Position numbers and translations under genes: made by a program
The notes under the pieces: model-generated
Database searches by the model: none
Seen by the model: only the letters and a program-made list of their open reading frames with translations
What the model was told of the DNA's origin: nothing
Shown: piece by piece, positions 56,140 to 64,000 of the stretch
How the letters are laid out: each line of letters begins with the position of its first letter
How positions within the stretch are numbered: position 1 is the stretch's first letter
Source: Bythopirellula sp.
GTDB lineage: Bacteria; Planctomycetota; Planctomycetia; Pirellulales; Lacipirellulaceae
Assembly (NCBI GenBank): GCA_965230685.1
Contig: CBDDLO010000002.1
Location: forward strand, 5,133,106-5,197,105
Length of the DNA stretch: 64,000 nucleotides
Reading direction: 5' to 3'

Positions 56140-57522
56140 ATGAATTTTTTGATCGAGCGGGGCGGACGCTCTCTCATGGTGGCGATGTTCTTAGCGTTAA
56201 TCTCCATCGTCAGCACTGGCGATTTAGCAATAGCACAAGAAGCGGAAACGGCGGCTGAAACTGCCGTAGAACCCGCTGTGGAGGCAGCTGACTTGGGCGT
56301 GGGTTACGCCCTCGACAATGCGATGTTGTTTCTCGCAGCCGTTCTGGTGTTCTTTATGCAGGCGGGATTCGCAATGGTCGAAGCCGGCTTCAATTCTTCG
56401 AAAAACGCAGTGAACATTCTGTTTAAGAACTCGATGGACTTATGCGTAGGGGTGCTACTGTTTTTCATCGTTGGCTTCGGAATCATGTACCCGGGAAGCT
56501 ACGGCAAGGAAGTCGGCAAAGAGTTCTTCCTGTTCGGCGGAGTCGGACTTGATGGATACGAAATGGCAGCAGACCGGACGTTCAGCCCCGAAGTGGATTG
56601 GCTCTTCCAAGCCGTATTCGCTGCGACTGCGGCCACAATCGTTTCTGGTGCCGTGGCGGGTCGGATGAAAGTGAACGGCTACTTGATCTACAGTGCAGTT
56701 CTGACGGGGTTAATTTACCCTATCAGTGGCATGTGGAAATGGGGTGGCGGCTGGCTCGACCAGATGGGCTTCCAAGACTTCGCCGGTTCGGCCGTTGTTC
56801 ACGGAGTAGGCGGGTTCGCGGGCCTCGCCGGGGCTATGGTGCTTGGACCACGCATCGGTCGATTCGTTAATGGCAAGAGTATTCCCATGCCGGGACACAG
56901 CGTGCCCATCGCGGCGCTCGGTGTTTTCATCCTCTGGTTCGGTTGGTATGGATTTAATCCCGGCAGTCAGTTGGCGTTTCAATCAACGGGTGATATTGAT
57001 GCCACCATGCACATTGCCGTGACCACCACCTTAGCCGCAGGAGCGGGGGGCTTGTGTGCCACGCTGCTCAGTTGGTTTATGTTTGGCAAGCCGGATCTTT
57101 CGATGGGCCTGAACGGAATTCTGGGCGGATTGGTGGGCATCACAGCTTGTTGCGATTGCATGAGCGATTGGATGTCGATCGTGGTTGGCATCGTTGCCGG
57201 CTGCTTGGTCGTCGGATCGATTCTCCTGCTCGACAAGCTCCAAATCGATGATCCCGTGGGAGCTTTCCCTGTGCATGGGGTGTGCGGAGTTTGGGGCTGT
57301 ATGGCAATGGGTATTCTGCCTAATTCCAGCGGCACAACCTTTGGGACACAACTGACCGGTACGCTCGCCATCTGCGGATGGTCGTTTGTGACCATGTTCA
57401 TCTTGTTCTCGGTGCTCAAGGCACTCGGCGTGCTCCGCGTAAGCCAAGCCGAAGAGCAAAAGGGTTTAGACGTGAGCGAGCATGGCATGCAAGCCTACGG
57501 CGGCACGATCATGGCAACCTAA
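56140..57522 (+). CDS. amtB: Ammonium transporter (Amt family)
   Basis: 460 aa with a signal-like N-terminus. Amt motifs present: FFMQAGFAMVEAG, DFAGSAVVHGVGGFAGL, GWYGFNPGS. Confidence 0.9.
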   Translation: MNFLIERGGRSLMVAMFLALISIVSTGDLAIAQEAETAAETAVEPAVEAADLGVGYALDNAMLFLAAVLVFFMQAGFAMVEAGFNSSKNAVNILFKNSMDLCVGVLLFFIVGFGIMYPGSYGKEVGKEFFLFGGVGLDGYEMAADRTFSPEVDWLFQAVFAATAATIVSGAVAGRMKVNGYLIYSAVLTGLIYPISGMWKWGGGWLDQMGFQDFAGSAVVHGVGGFAGLAGAMVLGPRIGRFVNGKSIPMPGHSVPIAALGVFILWFGWYGFNPGSQLAFQSTGDIDATMHIAVTTTLAAGAGGLCATLLSWFMFGKPDLSMGLNGILGGLVGITACCDCMSDWMSIVVGIVAGCLVVGSILLLDKLQIDDPVGAFPVHGVCGVWGCMAMGILPNSSGTTFGTQLTGTLAICGWSFVTMFILFSVLKALGVLRVSQAEEQKGLDVSEHGMQAYGGTIMAT

Positions 57523-57564
57523 GTACGGCATGGCAATTATCAGGCAATGAGTGACGCCTGGGTC

Positions 57565-57601
57565 GCGTGTGCGTCGGGATACCCTCCCCCGACGCACACG
57601 C
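57565..57601 (+). terminator. GC-rich 14-bp-stem hairpin downstream of amtB (possible terminator/attenuator; no U-tract)
   Basis: gcgtgtgcgtcggg-ataccctcc-cccgacgcacacgc forms a perfect 14-bp stem with a 9-nt loop. Confidence 0.4.
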
Positions 57602-57940
57602 CCTGGCTCATTCAATTCGTTGATTTCTCGCGAAGGCGGGGAATCTGCTTAAACATGGTGAATAAGCTTCCCGTTCTCGCGGTAATAAGCCGGTCAACAA
57701 TCCAGAAGGATGCCCCAACGGCTTGGGCAGGTTTTCCGCCTATTCCTGCCCAAGTCGGGGTGTCTGTTTTGTGGTGTAGGTGGTTAGTCGTTAGTAGTAA
57801 GTCGTAAGTGAAAAGGTGGATTTGGGATTTAGCGGCCCGCGGACGTAGAGTAGGATTGTGCCAGTGGGTAAGCACGCTGCCCCACTCATTTTATTACCTC
57901 TTACTACCTACGACTTACTTCTTGCACCGCTCACCTCCCA

Positions 57941-58288
57941 ATGAAACTTATCATCGCTATCATTCAGCCCAGCAAGCTGGAAGACGTCAAGACGGCTCTG
58001 TCAAAAGTCGAAGTCGTGCGGCTCACGATCATGGACGTGCAGGGTTTTGGCCGGCAGAAGGGGCAGACCGAGGTCTACCGCGGTCGGGAGATCACTGTCA
58101 ATCTGCTCCGCAAAGTGCAATTGCAAATCGCGGTGAACGACGATTTCGTCGAGCCCACAATCGACGCAATCGTCGAAGGCGGCCGCTCCGGCGACTCGGG
58201 CCAAATCGGCGACGGCAAAATTTTCATCCTGCCCATGGACGACTGCATCCGCATCCGCACCGGCGAACGCGGTTCGGAAGCGATCTAG
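57941..58288 (+). CDS. glnK: Nitrogen regulatory protein P-II
   Basis: 115 aa beginning MKLIIAIIQPSKLEDVKTAL. The T-loop GFGRQKGQTEVYRGREI includes the conserved Tyr. Confidence 0.9.
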   Translation: MKLIIAIIQPSKLEDVKTALSKVEVVRLTIMDVQGFGRQKGQTEVYRGREITVNLLRKVQLQIAVNDDFVEPTIDAIVEGGRSGDSGQIGDGKIFILPMDDCIRIRTGERGSEAI

Positions 58289-58391
58289 AGCAGTTTACGA
58301 AAAAGCGTGGTGGTAGACCTTGCAAAACGGGAGGGGAGCCACGCAGTGCGACCCGGTAGAACAACCGCACAATTTCGCTGTAAAAAGGGTA

Positions 58392-58429
58392 AAGGGTAAC
58401 GCCCGAATCGTGTAAAAATGCACGCTAAG
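58392..58429. repeat. Left copy of a ~40-bp inverted repeat bracketing the glnK-atpC insert
   Basis: aagggtaacgcccgaatcgtgtaaaaatgcacgctaag. The 21-nt core cgtgtaaaaatgcacgctaag is identical to the reverse complement of 60165..60185. Confidence 0.65.
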
Positions 58430-58455
58430 CGGCCCGAAATCCCTGCCTAAATTAC

Positions 58456-58484
58456 TTGATTTGCGCCATACCCAACTGTAGTAT
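58456..58484 (+). promoter_or_regulatory. Sigma-70-like promoter candidate (TTGATT-N17-TAGTAT)
   Basis: The hexamers and 17-nt spacing were read directly. It lies about 110 nt upstream of ORF 58593. Confidence 0.3.
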
Positions 58485-58592
58485 CATGGCTTAATTCGCC
58501 TGGGGTGTGCATCCGCACCGTCCGATAACTGGCGATTACGTTCGGTTGGGCTATTCTCATCTCCTTTAACTACGGACCGGCGGGAGAAAACG

Positions 58593-58790
58593 ATGAAGTT
58601 CGTTAGCGGTGTCCTTGGCGCGCTTTGTTTGCTGTCACTTCTTGCCGCCGTGGGGGCAGCGACGTTCTGGTCGCCAACGGCCATCACGCGGGTGAATTTG
58701 AAGTGGCCGGTTTATGTGGGAATCGGGTTGTTGTTCGGCCTGCTTAGCGTCGTATGCCACTGGGCTTCACAACGACGCATGAACGACTAA
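58593..58790 (+). CDS. Hypothetical small two-TM membrane protein
   Basis: 65 aa with two hydrophobic segments (VLGALCLLSLLAAVGAATFW and VYVGIGLLFGLLSVVCHW). A GGAG-like sequence lies upstream. Confidence 0.4.
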   Translation: MKFVSGVLGALCLLSLLAAVGAATFWSPTAITRVNLKWPVYVGIGLLFGLLSVVCHWASQRRMND

Positions 58791-58942
58791 TCGAAGTTTT
58801 TATAGCGAAGAAGGCAACTTTTAGATGACCGACCTAGCCTACGTCAAAAGCTTCGAAACTACGCGTCGGCCTCCATGGAATCCTAGCCTATCGAGTTCGA
58901 ACGCTTAGCCACTCCGTCGCAATTCGAAACAGGGGATTGACA

Positions 58943-59491
58943 ATGAACTCTTTTCGGGTGGCAGTCATCTATTTCTGGTGCTCAGTGTTTATGCCAGGCT
59001 GCAACACGCAACATGATCAGAATCTTCAGCAAATTACGTTAAGTGAAGTTGCCTTTCTTGTACCCCACAATCTCTCCATCACCAAAGTAGAAGAAACAGA
59101 TAATGGAGCGGTTTTCGAGATTGAGGGTCTGTGGGGCGAAGTAACAAATGACCGCCTGATAGTGATGGGCAAAAGCTACGGTGAAGTGAAGGCAGGCGAT
59201 GAAGTACAATTCAAGCCAGATGGAACGTTCTTGGTTAATGGTTCAGACCGCATATCGGCAGGACTTGGTGACAGCGCTGTTGAAGACGCAGGAGTCATTT
59301 TCCTTTTCCCCGGTCAAACTGTGAAACGGTTACCGGGTGACGACGGATCTTTTGCCGTTGAGATGCCTAATGGTTCGACCTGCAAATTGACCAATGGAGG
59401 GATTACTATTGACGGATTTGAGTACGGTCCATATGCCCCCAAGACCGTCGTAAAAATTGACCCTGATGGCACAGTCGCCTTCAATCCCTAA
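58943..59491 (+). CDS. Hypothetical lipoprotein (low-GC insert)
   Basis: ATG at 58943 is preceded by agggg. The lipobox-like sequence is SVFMPGC. No family recognised. Confidence 0.5.
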   Translation: MNSFRVAVIYFWCSVFMPGCNTQHDQNLQQITLSEVAFLVPHNLSITKVEETDNGAVFEIEGLWGEVTNDRLIVMGKSYGEVKAGDEVQFKPDGTFLVNGSDRISAGLGDSAVEDAGVIFLFPGQTVKRLPGDDGSFAVEMPNGSTCKLTNGGITIDGFEYGPYAPKTVVKIDPDGTVAFNP

Positions 59492-59529
59492 GGGCGATTA
59501 CAAGCAAACCCGCTAGGAGATTCGAATCA

Positions 59530-59808
59530 ATGCCACCCAATCGAATTCTGTACTACGGCACGGAAGACGAGTTGCAACTTGGAGACCGAATTCGAATACG
59601 AAACGTCTTCTCCTCGGATGAGCTGGCCACTGTGACCTATATCCCCGGGCAATCCCCTCCTGACAAAAACATTCCTGATCATCAATTTGGTTTCGTAACT
59701 GAAGAAGGTGATCATTACATCACCGACCATGAACCAGTGGCTGGTCAGTTGTGGAGCGTCGTTCCTAAGAGCGTCCAACTTGTGAGTCGCTCGGACGCTC
59801 GACAATAG
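59530..59808 (+). CDS. Hypothetical small cytoplasmic protein (low-GC insert)
   Basis: 92-aa ORF with aggag upstream. No family recognised. Confidence 0.4.
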   Translation: MPPNRILYYGTEDELQLGDRIRIRNVFSSDELATVTYIPGQSPPDKNIPDHQFGFVTEEGDHYITDHEPVAGQLWSVVPKSVQLVSRSDARQ

Positions 59809-59957
59809 TGACTTATTCCATTCGATTTCCAGCGTCGACTGGACCATCCGCGGTGGACTATGGTTGCGGCCATGCGATAAGAGGTGTCTTGCACCACAAG
59901 CCACCTCCCGCAGTTCCAAACTCTCCCACTTCTGACCCTTTTCCGGAAAGATTCAAA

Positions 59958-59987
59958 CGCTGAGGACTAGCATCCTCGGCGTTTTTT
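59958..59987 (+). terminator. Rho-independent terminator
   Basis: cgctgagga-ctagca-tcctcggcg forms a 9-bp stem with one G-U pair, followed by TTTTTT. Confidence 0.65.
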
Positions 59988-60164
59988 ATTGGTGGGACGT
60001 CGATGCCAAGCATCGTTTTCCGGAGAGTTCCAAAAACGCTCGTTTTTGGGACATCCATCGTGCATCACTAACGCACAGCACTTACGTCGATTCTGGTGTC
60101 TCAAAACTCGTTTCGTTATCAAAGTTCCAAAAGCTGGGACTGGGTTACGTTTTGGTACACCCTC

Positions 60165-60203
60165 CTTAGCGTGCATTTTTACACGAATCTGGGCGGCACC
60201 CTT
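60165..60203. repeat. Right (inverted) copy of the ~40-bp repeat bracketing the glnK-atpC insert
   Basis: cttagcgtgcatttttacacgaatctgggcggcaccctt. See 58392..58429. Confidence 0.65.
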
Positions 60204-60232
60204 AAAATGGCCACGATTTTGTGCTGGTCGAG

Positions 60233-60649
60233 CTAGCTAGCCTGCTTGGCAACTCGCAATTGAGCACGCGCCTGCGACACCGTCCGCTCCCGGATGGCGA
60301 GTTGATCATCGCCCGCCACTTTGCCGGAGAGAGCATCGGCCAACTGTTGTTGAGCGCCATCCACGTCGACTTTTTCGGCGGGGAGCGAGCGGTTGGTCAG
60401 CACCGAAACCACATTGTCAGCGACCTGCACGAAACCGCCATCGACATAGAAACGGGTCGTCTCCGCACCATTGCGAATGCGTAGCTCGCCGTAGCCCATG
60501 CGGCCGATCATCGGGCTGTGGTGCATGCCGATGCCAACCTCGCCATCGAAGAGCGGCAGGGCGACAAACTCGGCAGTCGTGTCGAGCACCGTTTCTTCGG
60601 GTGTGACGACGACACAGCGGAGCGAGTTGTGGGAGGCAGTTTCTGGCAT
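60233..60649 (-). CDS. atpC: F1 ATP synthase epsilon subunit
   Basis: 138 aa containing LRCVVVTPEETVLD...VALPLFDGEVGIGMHHSPMIG. It is the last gene of the atpAGDC block. Confidence 0.9.
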   Translation of the reverse strand: MPETASHNSLRCVVVTPEETVLDTTAEFVALPLFDGEVGIGMHHSPMIGRMGYGELRIRNGAETTRFYVDGGFVQVADNVVSVLTNRSLPAEKVDVDGAQQQLADALSGKVAGDDQLAIRERTVSQARAQLRVAKQAS

Positions 60650-60652
60650 GGC

Positions 60653-62182
<1,530 letters not shown>

Positions 62183-63067
62183 TTACTTGAGTGCTTCCAC
62201 TCCGCCAATGAGGTCCATAAGTTCGGAGGTGATTCGGCCCTGTCGGGCGCGGTTGTATTGCATGCTGAGATTCTTGATTAAATCCCCAGCGTTCTCGGTT
62301 GCGCCCTTCATGGCCACCATTCTCGCGACTTGTTCGCTCACCGCAGAGTCGAGAAAACACTTAAATAGCTTCACCTTGAAACTGGTCGGCACGACCTCTT
62401 CCAAGATGATTTCAGGCGACGGTAGGAACTCGTACTGAGACTCGGTGCTAGTTCCGTCCTTTGAATCGTCAGCGGCCTCTCCCAGAGAGCCGAGAGGTAA
62501 GAGTGTCTCGATTGCGACTTCCTGTCGAGCGACGCTTTGAAACTTCATGTAAACCACGTCCAAGCGATCCAGCTTGCCCGTAATGTACTCGTCGAGATAC
62601 CGACTCGCGATCACGTCGACTTCGTCGAAGGCGGGCTTGTCCTCGAATTGGATGAATTCCTGCTCTGCCTCGTGTCCTCGAAACTTAAAGCCTCCGATAC
62701 CTCGTTTGCCAGCGATTTCTAGTCGGCAATGGGGCACTTCTTCTTGTAGCGTTTCCCAGCGTTTGAGCCCAGCGCGGATCAAGTTGCCATTGAAGCCACC
62801 ACAGAGGCCACGGTTTGCGGTAAGCACAAGCAGGGTCGCATTGTTGGTCGTTTCGCGCCCATCGAGCAGTGGATGGCTGACCTCCAGGCCCGTTTTTGTC
62901 AGGTCCGAAACCAACTGCGTAATGCGATCGGTGTAGGCCGTCGCCGCTGAGGCGCGGTCCATGGCCTTCTTGAATCGTGCCGTGGCGATCAATTCCATCG
63001 TTCGCGTAATCTTGCGAATGTTGCGAATCGACTTGCGACGTTTGTCGAGCTCTCTAGGGTTGGCCAT
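62183..63067 (-). CDS. atpG: F1 ATP synthase gamma subunit
   Basis: 294 aa from MANPRELDKRRKSIRNIRKITRTMELIA to the C-terminal ITSELMDLIGG. Confidence 0.9.
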   Translation of the reverse strand: MANPRELDKRRKSIRNIRKITRTMELIATARFKKAMDRASAATAYTDRITQLVSDLTKTGLEVSHPLLDGRETTNNATLLVLTANRGLCGGFNGNLIRAGLKRWETLQEEVPHCRLEIAGKRGIGGFKFRGHEAEQEFIQFEDKPAFDEVDVIASRYLDEYITGKLDRLDVVYMKFQSVARQEVAIETLLPLGSLGEAADDSKDGTSTESQYEFLPSPEIILEEVVPTSFKVKLFKCFLDSAVSEQVARMVAMKGATENAGDLIKNLSMQYNRARQGRITSELMDLIGGVEALK

Positions 63068-63157
63068 GGGAAGGCGTTAGGGGTTGGTCGTAAGTCGAAT
63101 TAAAATAAATTAGCCGATTAACCGCGATGCCACGCATCGCCGGGAAGTACTAAAAAG

Positions 63158-64000
63158 CTACGCGGTCGCCAGCTGTGGCTCTTCCACGCCAGCGTTAAAC
63201 TGTCGTCCGAACTCTTCGATGCTCGACTTGATCTTCTCGGTCAGATCGTCGCTGAGGTCTTGCTTTTCAGCCAGCTCGTTGCGGACCTCCGACTTTTGAT
63301 CGGACATGAACTTGAGGAAGCTTTCTTCCCACTCCTGGACCTTGTCGACCGGCACCTTGTCCAGGAAGCCACGCGTTCCGGCGAAGATCACGAGCACCTG
63401 GTCAATCACATTCAACGGCTTGTACTGACCCTGCTTCAGTAGCTCGACCATGCGGTAACCTCGATCAAGCCGAGCCTGGGTCGCGGGGTCCAGCTCGGTA
63501 CCCAATTGGGCAAATGCTTCGAGTTCGCGGAATGCAGCCAAGTCGAGGCGCAAACCACCAGCGACCTTCTTCATCGCCTTGATCTGGGCAGCACCACCCA
63601 CTCGGGAGACCGAAATACCGGCGTTCATCGCCGGCTTGATACCCGCGAAGAACAAGTCCGGTTGCAAGTAAATCTGCCCATCGGTAATGGAGATGACATT
63701 GGTCGGAATGTAGGCCGAGACTTCGCCTTCGAGCGTCTCGATGATCGGCAACGAGGTAATCGATCCTCCGCCCAACTCGTCTGACAGCTTCGACGAACGC
63801 TCCAACAGACGGCTGTGGCAATAGAACACGTCGCCCGGAAACGCCTCGCGGCCCGGAGGACGACGCATCAGCAGCGACAATTCGCGATACGCAACGGCCT
63901 GTTTACTCAAGTCGTCGTAAACGACCAAAGCATGGCCACCGTTGAACATGTACTCCTCAGCCATCGCCGTGCCGGAGTAGGGGGCAATGTACTGCATCGG
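63158..64000 (-). CDS. atpA: F1 ATP synthase alpha subunit, C-terminal ~280 codons (gene continues past the right edge)
   Basis: Contains [42 protein letters not shown]. The frame is open to position 64000. Confidence 0.9.
   Translation of the reverse strand, partial: PMQYIAPYSGTAMAEEYMFNGGHALVVYDDLSKQAVAYRELSLLMRRPPGREAFPGDVFYCHSRLLERSSKLSDELGGGSITSLPIIETLEGEVSAYIPTNVISITDGQIYLQPDLFFAGIKPAMNAGISVSRVGGAAQIKAMKKVAGGLRLDLAAFRELEAFAQLGTELDPATQARLDRGYRMVELLKQGQYKPLNVIDQVLVIFAGTRGFLDKVPVDKVQEWEESFLKFMSDQKSEVRNELAEKQDLSDDLTEKIKSSIEEFGRQFNAGVEEPQLATA

Noticed and set aside
57523-57940. Idea that the amtB-glnK spacer holds a glutamine (glnA-motif) riboswitch
   Set aside because: I could not reproduce the conserved core of that motif from memory with enough certainty to match it. 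Only generic hairpins are supportable, so the spacer is reported as structured and nothing more.

Overview
GC-rich chromosomal window that looks like a Pirellula/Rhodopirellula-type planctomycete. Supporting features are a DUF1559 'H-X9-DG' prepilin-like protein, a giant FG-GAP/ASPIC protein, a fused CcsBA and many acidic low-complexity hypotheticals. The taxon call is inference only. The window starts inside dnaA, which reads leftwards out of the window. An AT-rich spacer with a perfect DnaA box follows, so the replication origin is probably here. Content from left to right: (1) GNAT, a secreted hypothetical and a THUMP-like methyltransferase. (2) A tight four-gene TIM-barrel/UbiA/TIM-barrel/phosphodiesterase cluster resembling part of the ebo cluster. 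(3) A czcCBA-type heavy-metal RND efflux operon. (4) Two same-frame ORFs separated by a single TGA that together encode an FG-GAP/ASPIC/thioredoxin/TPR protein. (5) A TatD-like hydrolase, a HEAT-repeat protein, fused cytochrome c synthase CcsBA, a lipoprotein, and an HTH protein with a polyacidic linker and membrane anchor. (6) A HAD / DHS-like / PfkB-kinase operon and the DUF1559 protein. (7) IMPase, rpmB and gatCAB, interrupted by a low-GC GxxExxY ORF. (8) A decayed accessory patch holding a RAYT flanked by REP hairpins, an ankyrin gene plus a truncated copy, and a DUF62 gene remnant. (9) bioA, a GATase, a coiled-coil protein, polA, coaE, rho, ribH, nusB and ftsY. (10) amtB behind a sigma-54 promoter, then glnK. 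(11) A small low-GC insert. (12) atpC-atpD-atpG-atpA. I found no rRNA, tRNA or CRISPR array. The most unusual signal is the in-frame UGA at 18402..18400. A 17-nt hairpin with a GGUCG loop starts exactly 11 nt downstream of it, which matches the geometry of the E. coli fdhF minimal SECIS. This suggests an undescribed selenoprotein. All product calls come from reading motifs by eye and none is verified by search.
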